Source: Eledone cirrhosa (Eukaryota). Taken from it: a stretch of 64,000 nucleotides of DNA. The notes beneath the pieces were generated by a model. The model was given only the letters and a program-made list of their open reading frames with translations, was not told where the DNA came from and did not search any database. The DNA is taken from the NCBI GenBank assembly GCA_964016885.1, contig OZ024754.1:19840001-19904000 (forward strand), written 5' to 3'. Of the stretch, positions 44,501 to 60,800 are shown piece after piece (the first letter of the stretch is position 1; every line of letters begins with the position of its first letter). The translations under genes were made by a program, and so were the position numbers.

Positions 44501-47500
44501 ACTTGCTAGACATGTGCAACTGTGGCTAAAATGACTATTCCATGATATAGTTACTTTAGTTTCAACACAATCTCAGATCAAGTCACTTACCATACATGTA
44601 CAACTGTGGCTAGAATGACTCTTCCATGATATAGTTACTTTAGTTTCAACACAATCTCAGATCAAGTCACTTGCCAGACATGTACAACTGTGGCTAAAAT
44701 GACTCTTCCATGATATAGTTACTTTAGTTTCAACACAATCTCAGATCAAGTCACTTCCCATACATGTACAACTGTGGCTAGAATGACTCTTCCATGATAT
44801 AGTTACTTTAGTTTCAACACAATCTCAGATCAAGTCACTTGCCAGACATGTACAACTGTGGCTAAAATGACTCTTCCATGATATAGTTACTTTAGTTTCA
44901 ACACAATCTTAGATCAAGTCACTTGCCAGACATGTACAACTGTGGCTAAAATGACTCTTCCATGATATAGTTACTTTAGTTTCAACACAATCTCAGATCA
45001 AGTCACTTACCATACATGTACAACTGTGGCTAGAATGACTCTTCCATGATATAGTTACTTTAGTTTGAACACAGTCTTAGATCAAGTCACTTATCAGACA
45101 TGTACAGCTGTGGCTAAAATGACTCTTCCATGATATAGTTACTTTAGTTTGAACACAGACTTAGAGCAGGTCACTTGCCAGACATGTACAACTGTGGCTA
45201 AAATGACTCTTCCATGATATAGTTACTTTAGTTTCAACACAATCTCAGATCAAGTCACTTCCCATACATGTACAACTGTGGCTAGAATGACTCTTCCATG
45301 ATATAGTTACTTTAGTTTCAACACAATCTCAGATCAAGTCACTTGCCAGACATGTACAACTGTGGCTAAAATGACTCTTCCATGATATAGTTACTTTAGT
45401 TTCAACACAATCTCAGATCAAGTCACTTACCATACATGTACAACTGTGGCTAAAATGACTATTCCATGATATAGTTACTTTAGTTTCAACACAATCTCAG
45501 ATCAAGTCACTTGCCAGACATGTACAACTGTGGCTAAAATGACTCTTCCATGATATAGTTACTTTAGTTTCAACACAATCTCAGATCAAGTCACTTCCCA
45601 TACATGTACAACTGTGGCTAGAATGACTCTTCCATGATATAGTTACTTTAGTTTCAACACAATCTCAGATCAAGTCACTTACCATACATGTACAACTGTG
45701 GCTAGAATGACTCTTCCATGATATAGTTACTTTAGTTTGAACACAGTCTTAGATCAAGTCACTTATCAGACATGTACAACTGTGGCTAAAATGACTCTTC
45801 CATGATATAGTTACTTTAGTTTCAACACAGTCTCAGATCAAGTCACTTGCCAGACATGTACAACTGTGGCTAAATTGACTCTTCCATGATATAGTTACTT
45901 TAGTTTCAACACAGTCTCAGATCAAGTCACTTGCCAGACGTGTACAACTGTGGCTAAAATGACTCTTCCATGATATAGTTACTTTAGTTTCAACACATTC
46001 ACAGATCAAGTCACTTGCCAGACATGTACAACTGTGGCTAAAATGACTATCCATGATATAGTTACTTTAGTTTCAACACAGACACAGATCAAGTCACTTG
46101 CCAGACATGTACAAGTGTAGCAAAAATGACTCTTCAATGATATAGTTACTTTAGTTTCAACACAATCTCAGATCATGTCACTTGCCAGGGATGTACAACT
46201 GTAACTAAAATGATTCTTCCATGATATAGTTACTTTAGTTTCAACACAATCTCAGATCAAGTCACTTGCTAGACATGTGCAACTGTGGCTAAAATGACTC
46301 TTCCATGATACAGTTACTTTAGTTTGAACACAGTCTCAGATCAAGTCACTTGCCAGACGTGTACAACTGTGGCTAAAATGACTCTTCCATGATATAGTTA
46401 CTTTAGTTTCAACACATTCACAGATCAAGTCACTTGCCAGACATGTACAACTGTGGCTAAAATGACTATCCATGATATAGTTACTTTAGTTTCAACACAG
46501 TCACAAATCAAGACACTTACCAGACATGTAAAACTGTAGCTAAAATGAATCTTCCATGATATAGTTACTTTAGATTGAACACAGTCTTAGATCAAGTCAC
46601 TTGCCAGACATGTACAACTGTGGCTAAAATAACTGTTCCATGATATAGTTACTTTAGTTTCAACACAGTCTCAGATCAAGTCACTTGCCAGACATGTACA
46701 ACTGTGGCTAAAATGACTCTTCCATGATATAGTTACATTAGTTTCAACACAATCTCAGATCAAGTCACTTACCATACATGTACAACTGTGGCTAGAATGA
46801 CTCTTCCATGATATAGTTACTTTAGTTTGAACACAGTCTTAGATCAAGTCACTTATCAGACATGTACAACTATGGCTAAAATGACTCTTCCATGATATAG
46901 TTACTTTAGTTTCAACACATTCACAGATCAAGTCACTTGCCAGACATGTACAACTGTGGCTAAAATGACTATCCATGATATAGTTACTTTAGTTTCAACA
47001 CAGACACAGATCAAGTCACTTGCCAGACATGTACAAGTGTAGCAAAAATGACTCTTCAATGATATAGTTACTTTAGTTTCAACACAATCTCAGATCATGT
47101 CACTTGCCAGGGATGTACAACCGTAACTAAAATGATTCTTCCATGATATAGTTACTTTAGTTTCAACACAATCTCAGATCAACTCACTTGCTAGACATGT
47201 GCAACTGTGGCTAAAATGACTCTTCCATGATACAGTTACTTTAGTTTGAACACAGTCTCAGATCAAGTCACTGACCAGACATGTACAACTGTGGCTAAAA
47301 TGACTCTTCCATGATATAGTTACTTTAGTTTCAACACATTCACAGATCAAGTCACTTGCCAGACATGTACAACTGTGGCTAAAATGACTATCCATGATAT
47401 AGTTACCTTAGTTTCAACACAGTCACAAATCAAGACACTTACCAGACATGTAAAACTGTAGCTAAAATGAATCTTCCATGATATAGTTACTTTAGATTGA

Positions 47501-49550
47501 ACACAGTCTTAGATCAAGTCACTTGCCAGACATGTACAACTGTGGCTAAAATAACTCTTCCATGATATAGTTACTTTAGTTTCAACACAGTCTCAGAAAA
47601 AGTCACTTGCCAGACATCTACAACTGTGGCTAAAATGACTCTTCCATGATATAGTAACTTTAGTTTCAACACAGTCTCAGATCAAGTCACTTGCCAGACA
47701 TGTACAACTGTGGCTAAAATGACTCTTCCATGATATAGTTACTTTAGTTTCAACACAATCTCAGATCAAGTCACTTACCATACATGTACAACTGTGGCTA
47801 GAATGACTCTTCCATGATATAGTTACTTTAGTTTCAACACAATCTCAGATCAAGTCACTTGCCAGACATGTACAACTGTGGCTAAAATGACTCTTCCATG
47901 ATATAGTTACTTTAGTTTCAACACAATCTCAGATCAAGTCACTTACCATACATGTACAACTGTGGCTAAAATGACTATTCCATGATATAGTTACTTTAGT
48001 TTCAACACAATCTCAGATCAAGTCACTTGCCAGACATGTACAACTGTGGCTAAAATGACTCTTCCATGATATAGTTACTTTAGTTTCAACACAATCTCAG
48101 ATCAAGTCACTTCCCATACATGTACAACTGTGGCTAGAATGACTCTTCCATGATATAGTTACTTTAGTTTCAACACAATCTCAGATCAAGTCACTTACCA
48201 TACATGTACAACTGTGGCTAGAATGACTCTTCCATGATATAGTTACTTTAGTTTGAACACAGTCTTAGATCAAGTCACTTATCAGACATGTACAACTGTG
48301 GCTAAAATGACTCTTCCATGATATAGTTACTTTAGTTTCAACACAGTCTCAGATCAAGTCACTTGCCAGACATGTACAACTGTGGCTAAATTGACTCTTC
48401 CATGATATAGTTACTTTAGTTTCAACACAGTCTCAGATCAAGTCACTTGCCAGACGTGTACAACTGTGGCTAAAATGACTCTTCCATGATATAGTTACTT
48501 TAGTTTCAACACATTCACAGATCAAGTCACTTGCCAGACATGTACAACTGTGGCTAAAATGACTATCCATGATATAGTTACTTTAGTTTCAACACAGACA
48601 CAGATCAAGTCACTTGCCAGACATGTACAAGTGTAGCAAAAATGACTCTTCAATGATATAGTTACTTTAGTTTCAACACAATCTCAGATCAACTCACTTG
48701 CTAGACATGTGCAACTGTGGCTAAAATGACTATTCCATGATATAGTTACTTTAGTTTCAACACAATCTCAGATCAAGTCACTTACCATACATGTACAACT
48801 GTGGCTAGAATGACTCTTCCATGATATAGTTACTTTAGTTTCAACACAATCTCAGATCAAGTCACTTGCCAGACATGTACAACTGTGGCTAAAATGACTC
48901 TTCCATGATATAGTTACTTTAGTTTCAACACAATCTCAGATCAAGTCACTTCCCATACATGTACAACTGTGGCTAGAATGACTCTTCCATGATATAGTTA
49001 CTTTAGTTTCAACACAATCTCAGATCAAGTCACTTGCCAGACATGTACAACTGTGGCTAAAATGACTCTTCCATGATATAGTTACTTTAGTTTCAACACA
49101 ATCTTAGATCAAGTCACTTGCCAGACATGTACAACTGTGGCTAAAATGACTCTTCCATGATATAGTTACTTTAGTTTCAACACAATCTCAGATCAAGTCA
49201 CTTACCATACATGTACAACTGTGGCTAGAATGACTCTTCCATGATATAGTTACTTTAGTTTGAACACAGTCTTAGATCAAGTCACTTATCAGACATGTAC
49301 AGCTGTGGCTAAAATGACTCTTCCATGATATAGTTACTTTAGTTTGAACACAGACTTAGAGCAGGTCACTTGCCAGACATGTACAACTGTGGCTAAAATG
49401 ACTCTTCCATGATATAGTTACTTTAGTTTCAACACAATCTCAGATCAAGTCACTTCCCATACATGTACAACTGTGGCTAGAATGACTCTTCCATGATATA
49501 GTTACTTTAGTTTCAACACAATCTCAGATCAAGTCACTTGCCAGACATGT
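41075..49550. repeat. 50-monomer tandem duplication (4195 bp)
   Basis: Two independent markers give the same offset: CAGAAAAAG 43401 to 47596 and TTAGAGCAGG 45161 to 49356 (50x84-5). Confidence 0.88.
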
Positions 49551-52500
49551 ACATCTGTGGCTAAAATGACTCTTCCATGATATAGTTACTTTAGTTTCAA
49601 CACAATCTTAGATCAAGTCACTTGCCAGACATGTACAACTGTGGCTAAAATGACTCTTCCATGATATAGTTACATTAGTTTCAACACAATCTCAGATCAA
49701 GTCACTTACCATACATGTACAACTGTGGCTAGAATGACTCTTCCATGATATAGTTACTTTAGTTTGAACACAGTCTTAGATCAAGTCACTTATCAGACAT
49801 GTACAACTGTGGCTACAATGACTCTTCAATGATATAGTTACTTTAGTTTCAACACAATCTCAGATCAAGTCACTTACCATACATGTACAACTGTGGCTAG
49901 AATGACTCTTCCATGATATAGTTACTTTAGTTTCAACACAATCTCAGATCAAGTCACTTGCCAGACATGTACAACTGTGGCTAAAATGACTCTTCCATGA
50001 TATAGTTACTTTAGTTTCAACACAATCTCAGATCAAGTCACTTACCATACATGTACAACTGTGGCTAAAATGACTATTCCATGATATAGTTACTTTAGTT
50101 TCAACACAATCTCAGATCAAGTCACTTGCCAGACATGTACAACTGTGGCTAAAATGACTCTTCCATGATATAGTTACTTTAGTTTCAACACAATCTCAGA
50201 TCAAGTCACTTCCCATACATGTACAACTGTGGCTAGAATGACTCTTCCATGATATAGTTACTTTAGTTTCAACACAATCTCAGATCAAGTCACTTACCAT
50301 ACATGTACAACTGTGGCTAGAATGACTCTTCCATGATATAGTTACTTTAGTTTGAACACAGTCTTAGATCAAGTCACTTATCAGACATGTACAACTGTGG
50401 CTAAAATGACTCTTCCATGATATAGTTACTTTAGTTTCAACACAATCTCAGATCAAGTCACTTCCCATACATGTACAACTGTGGCTAGAATGACTCTTCC
50501 ATGATATAGTTACTTTAGTTTCAACACAATCTCAGATCAAGTCACTTACCATACATGTACAACTGTGGCTAGAATGACTCTTCCATGATATAGTTACTTT
50601 AGTTTGAACACAGTCTTAGATCAAGTCACTTATCAGACATGTACAACTGTGGCTAAAATGACTCTTCCATGATATAGTTACTTTAGTTTCAACACAGTCT
50701 CAGATCAAGTCACTTGCCAGACATGTACAACTGTGGCTAAATTGACTCTTCCATGATATAGTTACTTTAGTTTCAACACAGTCTCAGATCAAGTCACTTG
50801 CCAGACGTGTACAACTGTGGCTAAAATGACTCTTCCATGATATAGTTACTTTAGTTTCAACACATTCACAGATCAAGTCACTTGCCAGACATGTACAACT
50901 GTGGCTAAAATGACTATCCATGATATAGTTACTTTAGTTTCAACACAGACACAGATCAAGTCACTTGCCAGACATGTACAAGTGTAGCAAAAATGACTCT
51001 TCAATGATATAGTTACTTTAGTTTCAACACAATCTCAGATCAACTCACTTGCTAGACATGTGCAACTGTGGCTAAAATGACTATTCCATGATATAGTTAC
51101 TTTAGTTTCAACACAATCTCAGATCAAGTCACTTACCATACATGTACAACTGTGGCTAGAATGACTCTTCCATGATATAGTTACTTTAGTTTCAACACAA
51201 TCTCAGATCAAGTCACTTGCCAGACATGTACAACTGTGGCTAAAATGACTCTTCCATGATATAGTTACTTTAGTTTCAACACAATCTCAGATCAAGTCAC
51301 TTCCCATACATGTACAACTGTGGCTAGAATGACTCTTCCATGATATAGTTACTTTAGTTTCAACACAATCTCAGATCAAGTCACTTACCATACATGTACA
51401 ACTGTGGCTAGAATGACTCTTCCATGATATAGTTACTTTAGTTTCAACACAATCTCAGATCAAGTCACTTGCCAGACATGTACAACTGTGGCTAAAATGA
51501 CTCTTCCATGATATAGTTACTTTAGTTTCAACACAATCTCAGATCAAGTCACTTACCATACATGTACAACTGTGGCTAAAATGACTATTCCATGATATAG
51601 TTACTTTAGTTTCAACACAATCTCAGATCAAGTCACTTGCCAGACATGTACAACTGTGGCTAAAATGACTCTTCCATGATATAGTTACTTTAGTTTCAAC
51701 ACAATCTCAGATCAAGTCACTTCCCATACATGTACAACTGTGGCTAGAATGACTCTTCCATGATATAGTTACTTTAGTTTCAACACAATCTCAGATCAAG
51801 TCACTTACCATACATGTACAACTGTGGCTAGAATGACTCTTCCATGATATAGTTACTTTAGTTTGAACACAGTCTTAGATCAAGTCACTTATCAGACATG
51901 TACAACTGTGGCTAAAATGACTCTTCCATGATATAGTTACTTTAGTTTCAACACAATCTCAGATCAAGTCACTTCCCATACATGTACAACTGTGGCTAGA
52001 ATGACTCTTCCATGATATAGTTACTTTAGTTTCAACACAATCTCAGATCAAGTCACTTACCATACATGTACAACTGTGGCTAGAATGACTCTTCCATGAT
52101 ATAGTTACTTTAGTTTGAACACAGTCTTAGATCAAGTCACTTATCAGACATGTACAACTGTGGCTAAAATGACTCTTCCATGATATAGTTACTTTAGTTT
52201 CAACACAGTCTCAGATCAAGTCACTTGCCAGACATGTACAACTGTGGCTAAATTGACTCTTCCATGATATAGTTACTTTAGTTTCAACACAGTCTCAGAT
52301 CAAGTCACTTGCCAGACGTGTACAACTGTGGCTAAAATGACTCTTCCATGATATAGTTACTTTAGTTTCAACACATTCACAGATCAAGTCACTTGCCAGA
52401 CATGTACAACTGTGGCTAAAATGACTATCCATGATATAGTTACTTTAGTTTCAACACAGACACAGATCAAGTCACTTGCCAGACATGTACAAGTGTAGCA

Positions 52501-55500
52501 AAAATGACTCTTCAATGATATAGTTACTTTAGTTTCAACACAATCTCAGATCAACTCACTTGCTAGACATGTGCAACTGTGGCTAAAATGACTATTCCAT
52601 GATATAGTTACTTTAGTTTCAACACAATCTCAGATCAAGTCACTTACCATACATGTACAACTGTGGCTAGAATGACTCTTCCATGATATAGTTACTTTAG
52701 TTTCAACACAATCTCAGATCAAGTCACTTGCCAGACATGTACAACTGTGGCTAAAATGACTCTTCCATGATATAGTTACTTTAGTTTCAACACAATCTCA
52801 GATCAAGTCACTTCCCATACATGTACAACTGTGGCTAGAATGACTCTTCCATGATATAGTTACTTTAGTTTCAACACAATCTCAGATCAAGTCACTTGCC
52901 AGACATGTACAACTGTGGCTAAAATGACTCTTCCATGATATAGTTACTTTAGTTTCAACACAATCTTAGATCAAGTCACTTGCCAGACATGTACAACTGT
53001 GGCTAAAATGACTCTTCCATGATATAGTTACTTTAGTTTCAACACAATCTCAGATCAAGTCACTTACCATACATGTACAACTGTGGCTAGAATGACTCTT
53101 CCATGATATAGTTACTTTAGTTTGAACACAGTCTTAGATCAAGTCACTTATCAGACATGTACAGCTGTGGCTAAAATGACTCTTCCATGATATAGTTACT
53201 TTAGTTTGAACACAGACTTAGAGCAGGTCACTTGCCAGACATGTACAACTGTGGCTAAAATGACTCTTCCATGATATAGTTACTTTAGTTTCAACACAAT
53301 CTCAGATCAAGTCACTTCCCATACATGTACAACTGTGGCTAGAATGACTCTTCCATGATATAGTTACTTTAGTTTCAACACAATCTCAGATCAAGTCACT
53401 TGCCAGACATGTACATCTGTGGCTAAAATGACTCTTCCATGATATAGTTACTTTAGTTTCAACACAATCTTAGATCAAGTCACTTGCCAGACATGTACAA
53501 CTGTGGCTAAAATGACTCTTCCATGATATAGTTACATTAGTTTCAACACAATCTCAGATCAAGTCACTTACCATACATGTACAACTGTGGCTAGAATGAC
53601 TCTTCCATGATATAGTTACTTTAGTTTGAACACAGTCTTAGATCAAGTCACTTATCAGACATGTACAACTGTGGCTACAATGACTCTTCAATGATATAGT
53701 TACTTTAGTTTCAACACAATCTCAGATCAAGTCACTTACCATACATGTACAACTGTGGCTAGAATGACTCTTCCATGATATAGTTACTTTAGTTTCAACA
53801 CAATCTCAGATCAAGTCACTTGCCAGACATGTACAACTGTGGCTAAAATGACTCTTCCATGATATAGTTACTTTAGTTTCAACACAATCTCAGATCAAGT
53901 CACTTACCATACATGTACAACTGTGGCTAAAATGACTATTCCATGATATAGTTACTTTAGTTTCAACACAATCTCAGATCAAGTCACTTGCCAGACATGT
54001 ACAACTGTGGCTAAAATGACTCTTCCATGATATAGTTACTTTAGTTTCAACACAATCTCAGATCAAGTCACTTCCCATACATGTACAACTGTGGCTAGAA
54101 TGACTCTTCCATGATATAGTTACTTTAGTTTCAACACAATCTCAGATCAAGTCACTTACCATACATGTACAACTGTGGCTAGAATGACTCTTCCATGATA
54201 TAGTTACTTTAGTTTGAACACAGTCTTAGATCAAGTCACTTATCAGACATGTACAACTGTGGCTAAAATGACTCTTCCATGATATAGTTACTTTAGTTTC
54301 AACACAGTCTCAGATCAAGTCACTTGCCAGACATGTACAACTGTGGCTAAATTGACTCTTCCATGATATAGTTACTTTAGTTTCAACACAGTCTCAGATC
54401 AAGTCACTTGCCAGACGTGTACAACTGTGGCTAAAATGACTCTTCCATGATATAGTTACTTTAGTTTCAACACATTCACAGATCAAGTCACTTGCCAGAC
54501 ATGTACAACTGTGGCTAAAATGACTATCCATGATATAGTTACTTTAGTTTCAACACAGACACAGATCAAGTCACTTGCCAGACATGTACAAGTGTAGCAA
54601 AAATGACTCTTCAATGATATAGTTACTTTAGTTTCAACACAATCTCAGATCAACTCACTTGCTAGACATGTGCAACTGTGGCTAAAATGACTATTCCATG
54701 ATATAGTTACTTTAGTTTCAACACAATCTCAGATCAAGTCACTTACCATACATGTACAACTGTGGCTAGAATGACTCTTCCATGATATAGTTACTTTAGT
54801 TTCAACACAATCTCAGATCAAGTCACTTGCCAGACATGTACAACTGTGGCTAAAATGACTCTTCCATGATATAGTTACTTTAGTTTCAACACAATCTCAG
54901 ATCAAGTCACTTCCCATACATGTACAACTGTGGCTAGAATGACTCTTCCATGATATAGTTACTTTAGTTTCAACACAATCTCAGATCAAGTCACTTGCCA
55001 GACATGTACAACTGTGGCTAAAATGACTCTTCCATGATATAGTTACTTTAGTTTCAACACAATCTTAGATCAAGTCACTTGCCAGACATGTACAACTGTG
55101 GCTAAAATGACTCTTCCATGATATAGTTACTTTAGTTTCAACACAATCTCAGATCAAGTCACTTACCATACATGTACAACTGTGGCTAGAATGACTCTTC
55201 CATGATATAGTTACTTTAGTTTGAACACAGTCTTAGATCAAGTCACTTATCAGACATGTACAGCTGTGGCTAAAATGACTCTTCCATGATATAGTTACTT
55301 TAGTTTGAACACAGACTTAGAGCAGGTCACTTGCCAGACATGTACAACTGTGGCTAAAATGACTCTTCCATGATATAGTTACTTTAGTTTCAACACAATC
55401 TCAGATCAAGTCACTTCCCATACATGTACAACTGTGGCTAGAATGACTCTTCCATGATATAGTTACTTTAGTTTCAACACAATCTCAGATCAAGTCACTT

Positions 55501-55830
55501 GCCAGACATGTACATCTGTGGCTAAAATGACTCTTCCATGATATAGTTACTTTAGTTTCAACACAATCTTAGATCAAGTCACTTGCCAGACATGTACAAC
55601 TGTGGCTAAAATGACTCTTCCATGATATAGTTACATTAGTTTCAACACAATCTCAGATCAAGTCACTTACCATACATGTACAACTGTGGCTAGAATGACT
55701 CTTCCATGATATAGTTACTTTAGTTTGAACACAGTCTTAGATCAAGTCACTTATCAGACATGTACAACTGTGGCTACAATGACTCTTCAATGATATAGTT
55801 ACTTTAGTTTCAACACAATCTCAGATCATG
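48300..55830. repeat. Derived HORs of 28, 18 and 25 monomers with a truncated divergent cassette
   Basis: TGACTATCC at 48560, 50911, 52422, 54521 (offsets 2351, 1511, 2099). TTAGAGCAGG at 53218 and 55317 (offset 2099). Confidence 0.83.
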
Positions 55831-57829
55831 TCACTTGCCAGGGATGTACAACCGTAACTAAAATGATTCTTCCATGATATAGTTACTTTAGTTTCAACAC
55901 AATCTCAGATCAACTCACTAGCTAGACATGTGCAACTGTGGCTAAAATGACTCTTCCATGATACAGTTACTTTAGTTTGAACACAGTCTCAGATCAAGTC
56001 ACTGACCAGACATGTACAACTGTGGCTAAAATGACTCTTCCATGATATAGTTACTTTAGTTTCAACACATTCACAGATCAAGTCACTTGCCAGACATGTA
56101 CAACTGTGGCTAAAATGACTATCCATGATATAGTTACCTTAGTTTCAACACAGTCACAAATCAAGACACTTACCAGACATGTAAAACTGTAGCTAAAATG
56201 AATCTTCCATGATATAGTTACTTTAGATTGAACACAGTCTTAGATCAAGTCACTTGCCAGACATGTACAACTGTGGCTAAAATAACTCTTCCATGATATA
56301 GTTACTTTAGTTTCAACACAGTCTCAGAAAAAGTCACTTGCCAGACATCTACAACTGTGGCTAAAATGACTCTTCCATGATATAGTAACTTTAGTTTCAA
56401 CACAGTCTCAGATCAAGTCACTTGCCAGACATGTACAACTGTGGCTAAAATGACTCTTCCATGATATAGTTACTTTAGTTTCAACACAATCTCAGATCAA
56501 GTCACTTACCATACATGTACAACTGTGGCTAGAATGACTCTTCCATGATATAGTTACTTTAGTTTCAACACAATCTCAGATCAAGTCACTTGCCAGACAT
56601 GTACAACTGTGGCTAAAATGACTCTTCCATGATATAGTTACTTTAGTTTCAACACAATCTCAGATCAAGTCACTTACCATACATGTACAACTGTGGCTAA
56701 AATGACTATTCCATGATATAGTTACTTTAGTTTCAACACAATCTCAGATCAAGTCACTTACCATACATGTACAACTGTGGCTAGAATGACTCTTCCATGA
56801 TATAGTTACTTTAGTTTCAACACAATCTCAGATCAAGTCACTTGCCAGACATGTACAACTGTGGCTAAAATGACTCTTCCATGATATAGTTACTTTAGTT
56901 TCAACACAATCTCAGATCAAGTCACTTCCCATACATGTACAACTGTGGCTAGAATGACTCTTCCATGATATAGTTACTTTAGTTTCAACACAATCTCAGA
57001 TCAAGTCACTTGCCAGACATGTACAACTGTGGCTAAAATGACTCTTCCATGATATAGTTACTTTAGTTTCAACACAATCTTAGATCAAGTCACTTGCCAG
57101 ACATGTACAACTGTGGCTAAAATGACTCTTCCATGATATAGTTACTTTAGTTTCAACACAATCTCAGATCAAGTCACTTACCATACATGTACAACTGTGG
57201 TTAGAATGACTCTTCCATGATATAGTTACTTTAGTTTGAACACAGTCTTAGATCAAGTCACTTATCAGACATGTACAGCTGTGGCTAAAATGACTCTTCC
57301 ATGATATAGTTACTTTAGTTTGAACACAGACTTAGAGCAAGTCACTTGCCAGACATGTACAACTGTGGCTAAATTGACTCTTCCATGATATAGTTACCTT
57401 AGTTTCAACACAGTCACAGATCATGACACTTACCAGACATGTACAACTGTTGCTAAAATGACTCTTCCATGATATAGTTACTTTAGTTTCAACACAGTCT
57501 CAGATCAAATCACTTACCAGACATGTACAACTGTTGCTAAAATGACTCTTCCATGATATAGTTACTTTAGTTTCAACACAGTCTCAGACAAGTCACTTAC
57601 CAGACATGTACTACTGTGGCTAAAATGACTCTTCCATGATATAGTTACTTTAGTTTCAACACAGTCTCAGATCAAGTCACTTGCCAGACATGTACAACTG
57701 TGGCTAAATTGACTCTTCCATGATATAGTTACTTTAGTTTCAACACAGTCTCAGATCAAGTCACTTGCCAGACGTGTACAACTGTGGCTAAAATGACTCT
57801 TCCATGATATAGTTACTTTAGTTTCAACA

Positions 57830-60800
57830 CATTCACAGATCAAGTCACTTGCCAGACATGTACAACTGTGGCTAAAATGACTATCCATGATATAGTTACT
57901 TTAGTTTCAACACAGACACAGATCAAGTCACTTGCCAGACATGTACAAGTGTAGCAAAAATGACTCTTCAATGATATAGTTACTTTAGTTTCAACACAAT
58001 CTCAGATCAAGTCACTTGCCAGGGATGTACAACTGTAACTAAAATGATTCTTCCATGATATAGTTACTTTAGTTTGAACACAGTCTTAGATCAAGTCACT
58101 GACCAGACATGTACAACTGTGGCTAAAATGACTCTTCCATGATATAGTTACTTTAGTTTCAACACATTCACAGATCAAGTCACTTGCCAGACATGTACAA
58201 CTGTGGCTAAAATGACTATCCATGATATAGTTACCTTAGTTTCAACACAGTCACAAATCAAGACACTTACCAGACATGTAAAACTGTAGCTAAAATGACT
58301 CTTCCATGATATAGTTACTTTAGTTTGAACACAGTCTTAGATCAAGTCACTTGCCAGACATGTACAACTGTGGCTAAAATAACTCTTCCATGATATAGTT
58401 ACTTTAGTTTCAACACAGTCTCAGATAAAGTCACTTGCCAGACATCTACAACTGTGGCTAAAATGACTCTTCCATGATATAGTTACTTTAGTTTCAACAC
58501 AGTCTCAGATCAATTCACTTGCCAGACATATACAACTGTGGCTAAAATGACTCTTCCATGATATATTTACTTTAGTTTCAACACAATCTCAGATCAAGTC
58601 ACTTACCATACATGTACAACTGTGGCTAGAATGACTCTTCCATGATATAGTTACTTTAGTTTCAACACAATCTCAGATCAAGTCACTTGCCAGACATGTA
58701 CAACTGTGGCTAAAATGACTCTTCCATGATATAGTTACTTTAGTTTCAACACAATCTCAGATCAAGTCACTTACCATACATGTACAACTGTGGCTACAAT
58801 TACTCTTCCATGATATAGTTACTTTAGTTTCAACACAATCTCAGATGAAGTCACTTACCATACATGTACAACTGTGGCTAAAATGACTCTTCCATGATAT
58901 AGTTACTTTAGTTTGAACACAGTCTTAGAGCAAGTCACTTGCCAAACATGTACAACTGTGGCTAAAATGACTCTTCCATGATATAGTTACTTTAGTCTCA
59001 ACACATTCACAGATCAAGTCACTTGCCAGACATGTACAACTGTGGCTAAAATGACTATCCATGATATAGTTACCTTAGTTTCAACACAGTCACAGATCAT
59101 GACACTTACCAGAGATGTAAAACTGTAGCTATCATGACTCTTCCATGATATAGTTACTTTAGTTTCAACACAGTCTCAGATCAAGTCACTTGCCAGACAT
59201 GTACAACTGTAGCTATCATGACTCTTCCATGATATAGTTACTTTAGTTTCAACACAGTCTCAGATCAAGTCACTTGCCAGACATGTACAACTGTGGCTAA
59301 AATGACTCTTCCATGATATAGTTACTTTAGTTTCAACACAATCTCAGATCAAGTCACTTACCATACATGTACAACTGTGGCTAGAATGAATCTTCCATGA
59401 TATAGTTACTTTAGTTTCAACACAATCTCAGATCAAGTCACTTGCCAGACATGTACAACTGTGGCTAAAATGACTCTTCCATGATATAGTTACTTTAGTT
59501 TCAACACAATCTCAGATCAAGTCACTTACCATACATGTACAACTGTGGCTAAAATGACTCTTCCATGATATAGTTACTTTAGTTTCAACACAATCTCAGA
59601 TCAAGTCACTTGCCAGACATGTACAACTGTGGCTAAAATGACTCTTCCATGATATAGTTACTTTAGTTTCAACACAATCTCAGATCAAGTCACTTATCAT
59701 ACATGTACAACTGTGGCTAAAATGACTCTTCCATGATATAGTTACTTTAGTTTCAACACAATCTTAGATCAAGTCACTTGCCAGACATGTACAACTGTGG
59801 CTAAAATGACTCTTCCATGATATAGTTACTTTAGTTTGAACACAGTCTTAGATCAAGTCACTTATCAGACATGTACAGGTGTGGCTAAAATGACTCTTCC
59901 ATGATATAGTTACTTTAGTTTGAACACATTCACAGATCAAGTCACTTGCCAGACATGTACAACTGTGGCTAAAATGACTATCCATGATATAGTTACTTTA
60001 GTTTCAACACAGACACAGATCAAGTCACTTGCCAGACATGTACAAGTGTAGCAAAAATGACTCTTCAATGATATAGTTACTTTAGTTTCAACACAATCTC
60101 AGATCAAGTCACTTGCCAGGGATGTACAACTGTAACTAAAATGATTCTTCCATGATATAGTTACTTTAGTTTGAACACAGTCTTAGATCAAGTCACTGAC
60201 CAGACATGTACAACTGTGGCTAAAATGACTCTTCCATGATATAGTTACTTTAGTTTCAACACATTCACAGATCAAGTCACTTGCCAGACATGTACAACTG
60301 TGGCTAAAATGACTATCCATGATATAGTTACCTTAGTTTCAACACAGTCACAAATCAAGACACTTACCAGACATGTAAAACTGTAGCTAAAATGACTCTT
60401 CCATGATATAGTTACTTTAGTTTGAACACAGTCTTAGATCAAGTCACTTGCCAGACATGTACAACTGTGGCTAAAATAACTCTTCCATGATATAGTTACT
60501 TTAGTTTCAACACAGTCTCAGATAAAGTCACTTGCCAGACATCTACAACTGTGGCTAAAATGACTCTTCCATGATATAGTTACTTTAGTTTCAACACAGT
60601 CTCAGATCAATTCACTTGCCAGACATATACAACTGTGGCTAAAATGACTCTTCCATGATATATTTACTTTAGTTTCAACACAATCTCAGATCAAGTCACT
60701 TACCATACATGTACAACTGTGGCTAGAATGACTCTTCCATGATATAGTTACTTTAGTTTCAACACAATCTCAGATCAAGTCACTTGCCAGACATGTACAA

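Larger units (their letters stand above)
28000..57380. repeat. Central homogeneous sub-array defined by private variants
   Basis: CAGAAAAAGTC (28640, 32413, 35349, 37865, 40885, 43401, 47596, 56327), CTTCCCATAC, TTACATTAG, AGTAACTTT, AATAACTGTT, AAAATGAATC and GACTTAGAGC were seen only in this interval. Confidence 0.85.
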
